This document shows positions 39,738 through 50,247 of a DNA stretch of 64,000 bases, in pieces (the first letter of the stretch is position 1; each line of letters opens with the position of its first letter). The notes under the pieces are model-generated. The model made no database searches. It saw nothing but the letters and a program-made list of their open reading frames with translations, and was not told where the DNA came from. This DNA comes from Desulfosoma sp. (GTDB lineage Bacteria > Desulfobacterota > Syntrophobacteria > Syntrophobacterales > DSM-9756): positions 46,569-110,568 of the forward strand of contig JBBFKW010000004.1 of NCBI GenBank assembly GCA_037481835.1, written 5' to 3'. A program made the translations under genes and the position numbers.

Positions 39738-41744
39738 TCACCCTTTCGCCACGGAAGTGGGGGACGTGAGAAGGGGGTGGAGCTTCGTGAGGTCCTGCGT
39801 CCGCCCCAAGAGAATGACAACGTCCCCGGGCTTCAGGAGCATGTCCGGACCCGGATTGGGGCTCCATCCGTCTTCGCGCCGCACGGCCAAAACGGTCACC
39901 CCCCAGTTTTTCCTAAGGCCCAGCTCACCGATGTTTTTTCCCGCCAGGAGCGAACCCGGCGTCACACGCGTGGAACGCACCTCCATATCGGGGAGATCGC
40001 TCAGGATGTCGCACCACTGGATTGCCGGCAGCTGCCCCCCTTCCACCGACTGATACCCGTCGATCCGCACACGGGCGATGAGGGCCTCGATTTCTTCCCG
40101 GGGCACCAAATACTTGGTCAAGACCCGTGCGAAAATTTCGATGGATGTCTCCAATTCTTCCGGAATGACCTCGTTGGCACCCAGGGCCGTGAGCTTCTTG
40201 ACTTCGGACAAGAACCGGGTGCGCACGATGAGATACACCGCCGGGGCGGCGGCCCTCACAGCGGCCGTGATCCGCCGCACCATGGCGGGATCGGCCAAGG
40301 ACACGCACACGACCTTGGCGTCTTTGACGGACACATGTTCCAGAAGGGTCCCTTCCGAAGCATCGCCGAAGACGATGGGTTCCCCCTTTTTCTTTTCCTG
40401 CCGGACCGTCGCCGGGTTCATTTCCACAACGGCGTAAGGGATGCCGGCGGATTTGGCCGCTCGAGCGAGATTCCGCCCCACAGGACCGTAGCCCACGATG
40501 ACCAGATGGTTGGACAACGGCGGCAGGGTCTGGTCCTCTTTTTTCAACGACGGTGAGGAAAATCCCAAAAGAATCTTTTGAGGCAGAGGCCATCGGGAGG
40601 CTCCTTCGGCTGCTCGAGGGGCCACCGCGATGAGAAACGGGGTCATCATCATCGTCAAGGTGGACACGGCAAGGAAGAGGGGGACGTGATCCCCCACAAG
40701 GATTCCGTGGCCGATGCACACTGTGCACAAGACAAAGGAAAATTCCCCCACCTGAGCCAGGATCAGCCCGGTGTGCACCGCCATGCGCAGCGGGTAGCCC
40801 AGCGCGAGGACGACCAGGAGGCAGACGACGGCTTTGAGCCCAACGGCGAGGACGGAGAGCGACAGGACGGTCGCCAAGTGATGGACGACGAAGGAAAGGT
40901 TCAAGGTCATGCCCACGGAGACGAAAAACAAGCTGGTAAAGAGGTCTTTAAAGGGAAGCATTTGCGCCAGGGTCTGGTGGCTGTATTCGGACTCGGAAAG
41001 AACCAGGCCCGCAAGAAAAGCGCCCAACGACAAGGACAGCCCGGCGAACGACGTGATCCAGGCCACCCCGAAACAGAAAACCACCGCCGTCAGGAGAAAC
41101 ACCTCCCGACTGCGCGTCGCCGCCACGATGTGGAGCACCCGGGGAAGGACGTAGCGCTGGGTCAAGAAGACGACGAGGAAAATCCCCGCGGACTTAAGGG
41201 CGAGAATGCCCACGGCGCGGGAGAGGCTCTCGCCTGAGCCGCCCAACAGCGGGATGAGGAGCATCATAGGAACGACGGCCACGTCCTGGAACAAGAGGAT
41301 GCCAAGGCACATTTGCCCGTGAGGGCTTTCCAGTTCCATGCGGTCCTGAAGGGTCTTCAGTACGATGGCCGTGCTGCTCAACGCCACCATGAAGCCCATG
41401 GGCACGGCGAAGGATGCCCCGCGGAAAGCGAAGGTGGTAAGAGCCCACACGGCCGCCGTGGTGATGAGGACCTGCAAGCCGCCGCCGAGCATAACGATCC
41501 GCCGGATCCGGATAAGTTCTGAAAGGGAGAATTCCAACCCGATGGAAAAAAGAAGGAGCACCACTCCCAGTTCGGCGAGAAAGGAGACGTCCTCGGACGT
41601 CTTGACCAACCCCAACCCATGCGGGCCCGCAAGACACCCGGTGATGAGGAACCCAACGACGGGGGGAATTTTGACCCTATGGCATACCAGGATGACCCCG
41701 ACGGCCAAGGTCAAAACGATGAGCAGGTCAGCCAGCGTGTGCAT
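39738..41744 (-). CDS. CPA2/Kef-type cation:proton antiporter with TrkA-N and TrkA-C domains
   Basis: LFSIGLE, ALSSTAIV, LLFQD, GAFLAG, QVGEFSFV, GYGPVG, GDA. Confidence 0.92.
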   Translation of the reverse strand: MHTLADLLIVLTLAVGVILVCHRVKIPPVVGFLITGCLAGPHGLGLVKTSEDVSFLAELGVVLLLFSIGLEFSLSELIRIRRIVMLGGGLQVLITTAAVWALTTFAFRGASFAVPMGFMVALSSTAIVLKTLQDRMELESPHGQMCLGILLFQDVAVVPMMLLIPLLGGSGESLSRAVGILALKSAGIFLVVFLTQRYVLPRVLHIVAATRSREVFLLTAVVFCFGVAWITSFAGLSLSLGAFLAGLVLSESEYSHQTLAQMLPFKDLFTSLFFVSVGMTLNLSFVVHHLATVLSLSVLAVGLKAVVCLLVVLALGYPLRMAVHTGLILAQVGEFSFVLCTVCIGHGILVGDHVPLFLAVSTLTMMMTPFLIAVAPRAAEGASRWPLPQKILLGFSSPSLKKEDQTLPPLSNHLVIVGYGPVGRNLARAAKSAGIPYAVVEMNPATVRQEKKKGEPIVFGDASEGTLLEHVSVKDAKVVCVSLADPAMVRRITAAVRAAAPAVYLIVRTRFLSEVKKLTALGANEVIPEELETSIEIFARVLTKYLVPREEIEALIARVRIDGYQSVEGGQLPAIQWCDILSDLPDMEVRSTRVTPGSLLAGKNIGELGLRKNWGVTVLAVRREDGWSPNPGPDMLLKPGDVVILLGRTQDLTKLHPLLTSPTSVAKG

Positions 41745-41917
41745 GTTCTTCCTTGGATGTTCGTCTCGACGCGCACGTCTTGAACGACGTGCTCGCCTAT
41801 GACACCAGGATCGGCTGGGCGCGTCAACAAAAATGGGCTCGCTCCTTCCCTTCCACCCCACCCCGTCCCATAGACGCGTGTCCCTGGAAACCCGTGTTCC
41901 AATAAATCCCCAAATCC

Positions 41918-41948
41918 GCAGGTTGGGGTGAGCGCAGCGACCCCCAAC
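41918..41948 (+). repeat. Third copy of the GTAG-type REP (GCAG variant), with a degenerate inverted partner ending near 42008
   Basis: GCAGGTTGGGGTGAGCGCAGCGACCCCCAAC, close to the copy at 4047-4078. Confidence 0.75.
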
Positions 41949-42114
41949 ACACTCCCCGAACGCCCCAGTCACCGCAGCGGGCCCCCGAAGCACGAAGCGC
42001 CAACCTGCAAGCGCCTCCGCCTCGACTTTCCCATGCACATGGGGTAAAGAGATCCTCAGCGTCCGAAGGAAGATCCGACGGGAACCGACCGTTTTCGGAA
42101 AGGATGTTCGGCCT

Positions 42115-43788
42115 ATGGAATGCACCATCGTCATTGCGGGCAGCGCCGGAGAAGGCATCCAAACCATCGGGGATGTTTTGGCCGATACCCTGGCCGCTCA
42201 AGGGTATGGGGTCTTCACGTGGCAGGAATACGAGTCGCGCATACGAGGCGGCCAAAATTCCTACACCATTCGGGTGAGCGAATCGCCCGTGAACGCCCCG
42301 ACCATGGAAGCCGACATTTTCCTGTTTCTTAATTCGGAGTCCTTGGAAAAATATCGCCCTCGCATCAAGCCGCACGCCATTCTTCTCGGCGAAACACCGG
42401 CCGGGGAAGACTCCCTTGTCGTTCCTTTTAAAGAGATGGCCCGATCCGTGCTCGGCCGATCCATCTATGCCAACACCATCGCCATGGGGGCCTTGACCGC
42501 GGTGCTCGGTGTAGAACAGGAAACCCTGGAAAGGGTCCTGGCCGAAGAGTTCGCCGCCAAAGGCGATGAGGTGGTCCGCGCCAATCACAAGGCCGCCGCT
42601 CTGGGTTTCGACCATGCCCATCGAGCCTGCCGGGACCGATGCCCATGGGCGTTTCCCAAGACGGAGAAGACCTATTACCTCATTTCGGGAAACGAAGCGC
42701 TGGCTCTGGGTGCCTTTCATGGGGGATGCCGATTCATCGCCGCCTATCCCATGACGCCGTCCACAGGCATCATCACGTTTTTGGCCAAGCACTGGGAAGA
42801 GACGGGCGTTTTTTGCGAACAGGCCGAAGACGAAATCGCCGCCGTCAACATGGCCTTGGGAGCTTCCTTTGCAGGGGCTCGTGCCATGACGGCCACATCC
42901 GGCGGCGGCTTCGCCCTCATGGTGGAAGCCATCAGCCTGTCGGGCATGACCGAAGTGCCTGTGGTCATCGTTCTGGCTCAGAGGCCCGGTCCCGCCACCG
43001 GACTTCCCACTCGGACCGCCCAAGGCGACTTGCTTTTTGCCGTCCATGCAGGGCATGGAGAGTTTCCCAAGGCGGTGCTGGCCGCCTCCGACGCCCAGGA
43101 CGCCTTCCATACCATGTGCCGCGCCTTTCACCTCGCGGACCAATTTCAAATCCCCGTCATCGTCCTGAGCGATCAGCTGCTCGCCGATTCCCGTTTCAGC
43201 GTGGAGAACTTCCACCTGGAATCGGCCGTGCGGCACTCTTTCGCCCCAGATCCTAATGATTTCCAGGAGTATAAACGGTACGCCTTCACCGAAACGGGGG
43301 TGTCGCCCCGCCTTTACCCCGGCCGGGGGCCCCACCTGGTCACCGCCGACAGCGACGAACACGACGAATGGGGACACATCACCGAGGACCTGGCCGTGAC
43401 GGCGCCTTCCATGCACGCGAAGCGGCTCAGAAAGCAGGTCTTCCTCCAACAAGAGATGCGTGCGCCCTTCTCATACCGGACGGAAGACGCCGAGGACATT
43501 TTCTGCACGTGGGGGTCCACCAAAGGAGCGGCCCTGGAGGCCGTGGACGCCCTGCGTCGAGAAGGGGCCCGGGTCGGGCTCATGCACTGGTCGGAACTGT
43601 GGCCGCCGCCTTCGGCATCCTTTCCCCGTAAGGCTCGGCTCTGGACGGTGGAAAACAACGGGACGGGCCAGTGGGCTTCCTTGATGGCCCTGGGCTACGG
43701 TCGGGGTGCGGAAAAACGCATCCTGCGAAGCGACGGCCTCCCCCTTACGGCAGACGACATTCGGAGGGCCTATCATGAGCTCGGTTGA
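42115..43788 (+). CDS. 2-oxoacid:ferredoxin oxidoreductase alpha subunit (gamma-alpha fusion)
   Basis: GSAGEGI, ESRIRGG, GNEA, YPMTPS, QAEDEIAA, QRPGPATGLPT, SDEH. Confidence 0.93.
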   Translation: MECTIVIAGSAGEGIQTIGDVLADTLAAQGYGVFTWQEYESRIRGGQNSYTIRVSESPVNAPTMEADIFLFLNSESLEKYRPRIKPHAILLGETPAGEDSLVVPFKEMARSVLGRSIYANTIAMGALTAVLGVEQETLERVLAEEFAAKGDEVVRANHKAAALGFDHAHRACRDRCPWAFPKTEKTYYLISGNEALALGAFHGGCRFIAAYPMTPSTGIITFLAKHWEETGVFCEQAEDEIAAVNMALGASFAGARAMTATSGGGFALMVEAISLSGMTEVPVVIVLAQRPGPATGLPTRTAQGDLLFAVHAGHGEFPKAVLAASDAQDAFHTMCRAFHLADQFQIPVIVLSDQLLADSRFSVENFHLESAVRHSFAPDPNDFQEYKRYAFTETGVSPRLYPGRGPHLVTADSDEHDEWGHITEDLAVTAPSMHAKRLRKQVFLQQEMRAPFSYRTEDAEDIFCTWGSTKGAALEAVDALRREGARVGLMHWSELWPPPSASFPRKARLWTVENNGTGQWASLMALGYGRGAEKRILRSDGLPLTADDIRRAYHELG

Positions 43789-44650
43789 TCTTTTCCAAAA
43801 CGATGTGCCCATCCAATGGTGTCCCGGCTGCCCCAACTTCGGGATTCTCACGGCCGTCAAAAAGGCTTTGGCCGGCCTCGGCCTGAAACCCCAAGACGTG
43901 TGCCTCGTTTCCGGTATCGGCCAAGCGGCCAAACTTCCCCACTACCTCCGGTGTCACTACTTCAACGGCCTGCACGGCCGCGCCATCCCCGTGGCCACGG
44001 GCATCCACGCCGCCAATCCGCACCTGACGACCCTGGTGACGACCGGGGAAGGGGACTGCTACGGGGAAGGCGGCAACCATCTGCTCCACGCCTTCCGCCG
44101 AAATCCCCACATCACCCTCATCATCCACAACAACGAGATTTACGCCCTGACCAAGGGGCAAGGCTCCCCGACCACACCCGCGGGGGAAATCCGAAGCCTC
44201 CACCTTCAGGGCGTGGAAGCCTCCCCCATCAACATGCTCGCCGTGGCCGTGGCCCACGGGTGCCCCTATGTGGCCAGAGGCTTCGCCCTCGATCCCGAGG
44301 CCTTGAGCGGCCTCATCATGGAAGCCGTCCGATGGCCGGGCTTGGCCCTCATCGAAGTCATCCAACCGTGCATCACCTGGGGCCGGCATCCCCTGGACTG
44401 GTACCGTGAAAGGGTTCGCCAGATTCCTGGAACCCACGACCCCACGGACCAGAAAGCCGCCCTTTCCCTTCTCCTCGAGGACGAAAACCGATTCATGGTC
44501 GGCTGCTTTTACAAAAACGACACCCGAACGCCCTTCGGCGCCCGTTTTCGACAGCGCTTCGGCGATAGACCTCTGGCAGGAGAAGACTTTCCGGACATGG
44601 AGCGCACCCTGGAGATTCTGCGCACTTTTCGACCGACCCCACGCACATAA
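43775..44650 (+). CDS. 2-oxoacid:ferredoxin oxidoreductase beta subunit
   Basis: WCPGC, LHGRA, GEGD..GEGGNH, NN.IY.LTKGQ.SPT, QPC. Confidence 0.92.
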   Translation: MSSVDLFQNDVPIQWCPGCPNFGILTAVKKALAGLGLKPQDVCLVSGIGQAAKLPHYLRCHYFNGLHGRAIPVATGIHAANPHLTTLVTTGEGDCYGEGGNHLLHAFRRNPHITLIIHNNEIYALTKGQGSPTTPAGEIRSLHLQGVEASPINMLAVAVAHGCPYVARGFALDPEALSGLIMEAVRWPGLALIEVIQPCITWGRHPLDWYRERVRQIPGTHDPTDQKAALSLLLEDENRFMVGCFYKNDTRTPFGARFRQRFGDRPLAGEDFPDMERTLEILRTFRPTPRT

Positions 44651-44733
44651 TCTCTTCCGATGCCGGTCAAGATCATGTATAAAAATTCACGTGAGCGGCC
44701 ATTATCATCAACTTCAAGGACAAAGGAGTGGGT

Positions 44734-45138
44734 ATGCGACGGTTTCTTTGTATCTTCGTGGCTCTGGGTCTCATGGTTTCCTTCGGCTGCGCCAAGAAAG
44801 AACCTCAAGACGCCGCCAAGGCCTACGTGGATCAGCAGATCGCCAAACACAAAGGCTTTCAGCTGGACACCTCCAAGCTGAAATACCAGGTCGTGGAACA
44901 GACGGCCGATGCGGCCAAGGTGTCCGTCACGGGAACCATTGAAGTCAAATCGGTGATCCCGTTGGTCAAGAAGGGCAACGAATGGGTCCTTGCGGAAAAG
45001 GCGGAACCGGCCAAGGAAAAGGCGAGTGTGCCGCCCCCGGCCATGAAGGCCGCCAAGGCTCCGGCTGAAGCAAAACCCGCCCCTGCGGCCCACAAGGTTG
45101 AGGCGAAGCCCGAGGCGAAAGCGGAAAAAGCCCACTAA
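44734..45138 (+). CDS. Putative lipoprotein with Ala/Pro/Lys-rich tail
   Basis: AAGGAG RBS, lipobox SFGC, LVKKGNEW. Confidence 0.8.
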   Translation: MRRFLCIFVALGLMVSFGCAKKEPQDAAKAYVDQQIAKHKGFQLDTSKLKYQVVEQTADAAKVSVTGTIEVKSVIPLVKKGNEWVLAEKAEPAKEKASVPPPAMKAAKAPAEAKPAPAAHKVEAKPEAKAEKAH

Positions 45139-45313
45139 AATTGGAGTGCCGGGGAACGCCCCTGGTGGCGCCCCGGCACCGCCGTTGCTTTGCGTGATGA
45201 ACGCCCTTTTCCCCGGCGGGAGCGGGCATGAGCGCCGCGCTTGGCGTGTGCCAGGAATGCATGCACCACCCCTCGGCGCATGGCCCCCTCTTCCAAAAAA
45301 CCCGCCGGCGGAA

Positions 45314-45829
45314 TCAGCTGTGCCTCGCACCCCTGCGTCTGGCCCGTTCCTCCTGCAGTCTCCGGCGGGTCTGTTCCAACCGTGCCTTCACCTTACCGCG
45401 GTACCGCCCCACTGCCCATAAAGCCGCCCAGTATCCCGCAAAAGCCAGAGGCAGCCCCAGAACGATCCCGCCAAGGGTTACCGAGGCCAGAACGTGCGGT
45501 GTTTTGTGAAGAGCCCCCGAAATGATGCCCTGGGTTTCCACCGCTTGAGCCGTCCCGCCCGGCCACCCCATTTTCAGCAGGCGCGCCCCCACCCAGTAGT
45601 TCAGGGCGTAGATTCCGGGAGCCGTCATGGGATTGGTGATCCACACTCCCGCTGCGGCACTCCATTTGTTCCATCCGAGCAGCGCCGCGCAAAAGGCGGC
45701 GATGACCATCTGAAAACCCATGGTCGGGGACATACCGATGAAGAGCCCGAGGGCGAAGCCGAGGGCGATTTCCTGAGGATTGCCCCGAAGGCGGATGAAC
45801 CGTTCGTAAAAGCGCCGCATTCTCTTCAT
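45314..45829 (-). CDS. DUF2062-like membrane protein
   Basis: P.EIALGFALGLFIG, WITNP.T..IY. Confidence 0.8.
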   Translation of the reverse strand: MKRMRRFYERFIRLRGNPQEIALGFALGLFIGMSPTMGFQMVIAAFCAALLGWNKWSAAAGVWITNPMTAPGIYALNYWVGARLLKMGWPGGTAQAVETQGIISGALHKTPHVLASVTLGGIVLGLPLAFAGYWAALWAVGRYRGKVKARLEQTRRRLQEERARRRGARHS

Positions 45830-45927
45830 GCGTTCCCATTTTCTGAAGATCACGGCCCCTGGCGGTTTTCGAAAACCCCGCCGTTTTCGCAATCCCCCTC
45901 AAAGCGGGGAGGCTCGTCTCAGGAGGC

Positions 45928-48456
45928 TCAGTTTTTTTCCGACGCGGTGGGCATGGTCCGCACATGCACATCCAGCTGGGGAAAGGCGATCTCGATCCCT
46001 CTTTCCTGGAACAGTCGGTGGATTTCAAACCGGATATCGGTTTCCACCTGAAGGCACACCGGCACCGTGGTCCACAGGCGCAGCCGGAACATCAAGGCAC
46101 TGTCCCCGAAATCCACGAAGAGCACGCTGGGCTCCGGTTGCTTATACACCAAAGGATGGGCTTCGGCGATCTCCAAAAGGGTGCGGCGCACAAGGTCCAC
46201 ATCCGAACCGTAAGCCACCCCCACGTTGATGTTCCGACGGATCCTTAGATCTTTGAAACTCCAGTTCAGAACCCGACCGCTGATGAATTCGGAGTTGGGA
46301 ATGATCAAGGACGCGTTGTCCACGGTTTGCACGATGGTCGATCGCACGGTGATCCGGCGCACTTCGCCCCACGTGCCGTCGATTTCGATGGAATCCCCCA
46401 CCTGGATGGGCCTTTCAAAAAGTAGGATCAAGCCGCTGATGAAGTTGTTGAAGATGTTTTGGAGCCCGAAGCCCAGGCCTACGCCCAGGGCGCCGAAGGC
46501 GACCGTGAGGGAAGTGCCGCTGAACCCCAGGGCATTGAGCGCAACAAGAATGCCCATGAACCACAAAACATAGCCGGCGATGGAGACGACCGATTCCTGC
46601 AGGCCCCTTTCCAGCCCGCTGTGTCGCAAAAGGCGGTTTTTCACCAGACGCTTCAGCCATCTAGTGCCCACATGGGTCACGGCCACGATGACGGAGGCGT
46701 AAATGAGGCCCAGGACACGAAAATTGAGTCCGCCGAGGGGCAAAGGCGTGTTGAGCAAGTGGAAGAAGGCGACGATGAGCGCCTGCTTGGCGCCCCAGGC
46801 CAAGAGGAGCCCGAGGATTCCGGCGAAAAACCACACCCCCCATAGGGTTTTCACCGTGAGCCAGCGGAAGGAACTCCTGGTTTCTTCTTCGCCCTCCGGA
46901 GCGAAAGTGGCCGCCGTGTGCACGGACATGTCCCATTCCACAAGGCTTCTGAAAAAGAGAAACAACCACAGCGCCACCACCAGGGTTCGGGCCCACCCCA
47001 CATACCAAAAAGTCGCCAAGAGCCCGTAGCCGGCCAGTTCCAGGAGCAGTCCCGCCAGAGCGATCCCGTATCCCAAGACCATGAAAAGGTTCAGAATCCA
47101 GGGTTTGCCTTCCATCCACGAAGGGGGCGTCTCCGAAGCCTTTCGCCTCAGTTCCCGCCAGAACGCCACGCTCCAGGCCAGAAACGCCGTCTCCAGCGCC
47201 AATCGGTAGAGCAACAGTAAAGCGCTGGTCCGCCCCAGGCTTTCCTGAAGCACCACGTAGGCGAGGAGCAGCCATCGGCCGGCCGAAACCATGAGACGGA
47301 CCCGCCGGGCCGCAAAAGCAAAGCGTTCGGGCCGAAAGGTTTCCTTGAAGGCGCGCAGGAAATGGATGACCCAAGAAGTAAGCAGCCACACGACGAGGAC
47401 CTGGCACAGGCCCCTCAAGAAAACGGAGGTGTCGTAAAGGTCTCGAGCCAGGGTATAGCCGAAGACGAAAAGGGTCGCCCCCGCCAAGGGCAGGGAGTGA
47501 GTGAGCAGGCTCAGGGTGAGAAAATACCAAGGCTTCACCGAGCGATTGCAGCGATCGAGGAGCGCCTCGCTCAGGCGCCGAAACCGAAAGAACAGCCATT
47601 CCAGAATGGCGAAAACGAGGATCGAGGTGACGAGAAGCACCCCGCCGGCTTTCCAGAGCGCCCTGCCGAGTTCCGCCCACACCTTGGGCTGAAGACCCTG
47701 GCTGATGAGCAGGGCCGCGTTGTCCAGGTCGCGCCGCACTTCCGTCGGGTCCAAAACGGCCAAGGGGTTTCGACTCCGACGGAACAGGTCTTCCCGCTTG
47801 CGTTCGGCGATGCGCTTGCTGAGGCGATCCAGCAGGGCTGTCCCTTCATCGCGCACCGCGCTCCAGTCCTCGATGAGTTTCTGGTAGATGTCCTGGAACT
47901 CTCCCAGCCGTTTTTCTTTCTGCTTGAAGAGCTCGTTGGCTTCCTTGAGCTGTCCGGCCAAGGTGCGGATGATGGGAAGATCGTCCCGGCGCGTCTTCAA
48001 CGTCTCCATCCGGGTCTGGTTGGCGGCCCGCTGCTCCGCCAGAGCACCCAGCTTTGCGGCGATCTCCGTATGCTTGTCCTGAAACTCCTTCACCCGGGCG
48101 GCTGCGCCGTCTACCGTCTGCTTGAGCGATCCCAGGGCCTTGTCCAGATCTTCCAAGGCGGGGGAGGAGAGGGACATGAGGTTGCCGACGGCGGAAAGCT
48201 GGAGCCGCGCCGCATTGAGTTCCCCCGCCCAGGGGGTTTGCCACCGCTTGAGTTCCTCGAGGCTCTTCCCCAGCTGTTCCAGGTCCTGCTTTTCCGCCTG
48301 AATGGCCTTTTCCAAGGACGAAGACAATTCGGCGTACTGATCCTGGCCGTCGGTTCCCAAAACCTCGGAAGTTTGCGCCGACACGAAGCACGGCGCGACA
48401 AGAAACCCCAGGTAAACGACGACCAGGAGGCTCACTGTTCTCGGCTTGAAAAACAT
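45928..48456 (-). CDS. MscS/MscK-like mechanosensitive channel with periplasmic coiled coil
   Basis: GVGLGFGLQNIFNNFISG, ERPIQVGD, IPNSEF, GVAYGSD, IAFPQLDVH. Confidence 0.92.
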   Translation of the reverse strand: MFFKPRTVSLLVVVYLGFLVAPCFVSAQTSEVLGTDGQDQYAELSSSLEKAIQAEKQDLEQLGKSLEELKRWQTPWAGELNAARLQLSAVGNLMSLSSPALEDLDKALGSLKQTVDGAAARVKEFQDKHTEIAAKLGALAEQRAANQTRMETLKTRRDDLPIIRTLAGQLKEANELFKQKEKRLGEFQDIYQKLIEDWSAVRDEGTALLDRLSKRIAERKREDLFRRSRNPLAVLDPTEVRRDLDNAALLISQGLQPKVWAELGRALWKAGGVLLVTSILVFAILEWLFFRFRRLSEALLDRCNRSVKPWYFLTLSLLTHSLPLAGATLFVFGYTLARDLYDTSVFLRGLCQVLVVWLLTSWVIHFLRAFKETFRPERFAFAARRVRLMVSAGRWLLLAYVVLQESLGRTSALLLLYRLALETAFLAWSVAFWRELRRKASETPPSWMEGKPWILNLFMVLGYGIALAGLLLELAGYGLLATFWYVGWARTLVVALWLFLFFRSLVEWDMSVHTAATFAPEGEEETRSSFRWLTVKTLWGVWFFAGILGLLLAWGAKQALIVAFFHLLNTPLPLGGLNFRVLGLIYASVIVAVTHVGTRWLKRLVKNRLLRHSGLERGLQESVVSIAGYVLWFMGILVALNALGFSGTSLTVAFGALGVGLGFGLQNIFNNFISGLILLFERPIQVGDSIEIDGTWGEVRRITVRSTIVQTVDNASLIIPNSEFISGRVLNWSFKDLRIRRNINVGVAYGSDVDLVRRTLLEIAEAHPLVYKQPEPSVLFVDFGDSALMFRLRLWTTVPVCLQVETDIRFEIHRLFQERGIEIAFPQLDVHVRTMPTASEKN

Positions 48457-48528
48457 GGCTCTCCTTTCTCGGTCCCCCCGGCTTTGCCGGTCCGAGCCCC
48501 GCACGGGCTCGGATTTGTCAAACGGGCC

Positions 48529-49254
48529 TCAGCCAATGTGCGCCTTCTTTCGAACCCTGAGGTTCAACGCTTCCACGAAAACGGAAAAACCCATGGCGAA
48601 GTAAATGTAGCCTCGGTCGATGTGCTTGCCGAACCCTTCGGCCACCAGCATCACCCCGATGAGCAGGAGAAAGCTCAAAGCGAGCATCTTCAACGTGGGA
48701 TGCTTGTCAATGAAGGCGCTGACCATGCCGGCGAAAAGCATCATGGCCCCGACGGCCAAAATGATGGCCGCTATCATGATCGCGATGTGCCGGGCCATCC
48801 CCACGGCAGTAATGATGGAATCCAGGGAAAAGACGAGATCCAATAAAAAAATTTGAAACACCACTGAAAGGAAGTCGGCTGGGGCTTTGAGCCTTTTTTC
48901 CTGGGGCGTCGCCGGCCCTTCCAACTTGTTGTGAATTTCGTGGGTCGCCTTGCCGATGAGAAACAATCCCCCGAGAAGAAGAATGAGGTCCCGTCCCGAC
49001 ATGGGGTGGGACAAGAGGTGAAACAGCGGGGAGGTGAGCCGCATCATAAAAGTGAGGGTCAGAAGCAGACCGATTCGCAGGAACATGGCGCCGAAAAGGC
49101 CGAGTCTTCGGGCCGTCTCCTGCCTTTCCCGGGGCAGGCGTCCGGTGACGATGGCGATGAAGACGATGTTGTCAATGCCCAGGACAAGCTCCATGGCCGT
49201 CAGGGTGACCAGAGCCGCCGCATTTTCCAGGGTAAAGAGGTTTTCCAGCAACAT
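48529..49254 (-). CDS. TerC-family membrane protein
   Basis: ELVLGIDN, GGLFLIGKAT.E, DLVFSLDSIITAVG. Confidence 0.93.
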   Translation of the reverse strand: MLLENLFTLENAAALVTLTAMELVLGIDNIVFIAIVTGRLPRERQETARRLGLFGAMFLRIGLLLTLTFMMRLTSPLFHLLSHPMSGRDLILLLGGLFLIGKATHEIHNKLEGPATPQEKRLKAPADFLSVVFQIFLLDLVFSLDSIITAVGMARHIAIMIAAIILAVGAMMLFAGMVSAFIDKHPTLKMLALSFLLLIGVMLVAEGFGKHIDRGYIYFAMGFSVFVEALNLRVRKKAHIG

Positions 49255-49264
49255 TGCCGCCCTT

Positions 49265-50152
49265 TCAGTACACCTTGAGTGTGCCGTGGCGTTTGCCGAG
49301 GACCTCCAGCGTATCGTTGATGATGACGAAGGCGTGGGGGTCGATGCGAAAAATCGCCTCCTTGAGCTTGGGCAGCTCCGTCAGGGTCGTCACGGTGAGG
49401 ATCACGTCCCGATCTTCTCCCGAATAGCCCCCCGTGCCCTTGAGGAAGGTCACCCCGCGCCGGATTCCGTGAAGAATGAAATCCGCCGTTTCCTGCGCCT
49501 TCGAGGAAACGATCAAGACCATCTTTCGGCGGTTGAACCCCACCATGACGGCATCTACCACACGGCTGCTTGCGTACACGTAAACGATGGAATACAGGGC
49601 CTTCTCAAGGCCGAAGAAATAGCCGCCGATGCCGAGCACGAGGGCGTTTGCCGCCATGTAGGTGATGCCGACGCGAATCCCCCAGCGCGTGTTCAGATAG
49701 ACGGCCAAGATATCGAGCCCTCCGGCGGAGCCCAGGGACCGGAGCATGATACCGCCGCCCACGCCGCACCAGACCCCGGCAAGCACTGCGGCCAAAAGGG
49801 GATCGCTCACCGTGACCGACGGGACCTTGACCCAGGAGGCCGCCAGGGAAAAGAACACCATGCCGAACAGGGTGTATCCCATAAAACGCCGGCTTACGGA
49901 AACCCAGCCCAGGACCATGAGCGGGATGTTGCTCAAAAGATAAAAATGCCCCACATCCACGGAAGGGTAAAGGTAATGCAGGATGACAGCCACCCCGACA
50001 ACGCCGCCGCTCAGGAGCTTTTGCGGGATGAGCACGGCGTTCATGCCGAGCACATAGATGAGGCTTCCCAGAACAATCAAGGACACGTTGACGCCGAGGG
50101 ACTTCCAGTCCCACGCTGCCCGGAGGCGCCATCGCTGTTTCCGTAAATCCAT
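49265..50152 (-). CDS. YitT-family membrane protein (DUF2179 C-terminus)
   Basis: SGGVVG, N.PL, SAGGLDI, RGVT...GGYSG, IDPHAF. Confidence 0.88.
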   Translation of the reverse strand: MDLRKQRWRLRAAWDWKSLGVNVSLIVLGSLIYVLGMNAVLIPQKLLSGGVVGVAVILHYLYPSVDVGHFYLLSNIPLMVLGWVSVSRRFMGYTLFGMVFFSLAASWVKVPSVTVSDPLLAAVLAGVWCGVGGGIMLRSLGSAGGLDILAVYLNTRWGIRVGITYMAANALVLGIGGYFFGLEKALYSIVYVYASSRVVDAVMVGFNRRKMVLIVSSKAQETADFILHGIRRGVTFLKGTGGYSGEDRDVILTVTTLTELPKLKEAIFRIDPHAFVIINDTLEVLGKRHGTLKVY

Positions 50153-50247
50153 ATCCGTCCCTTCCTTGGCCCTGGCGAGTCTGCCGGCTCGGTGCCGGAG
50201 CGTGCAGCCCGGCGGACACGGTGATCCCGCGCGGTCAGCTCGAGGGG

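Noticed and set aside
41745..42167. N-terminal extensions in the ORF track (kef to 42167; also ttcA to 58675, MFS from 60259, moxR to 60519, ligase-GNAT to 51894)
   Set aside because: They overlap neighbouring genes or repeats, lack family similarity, and better downstream starts exist
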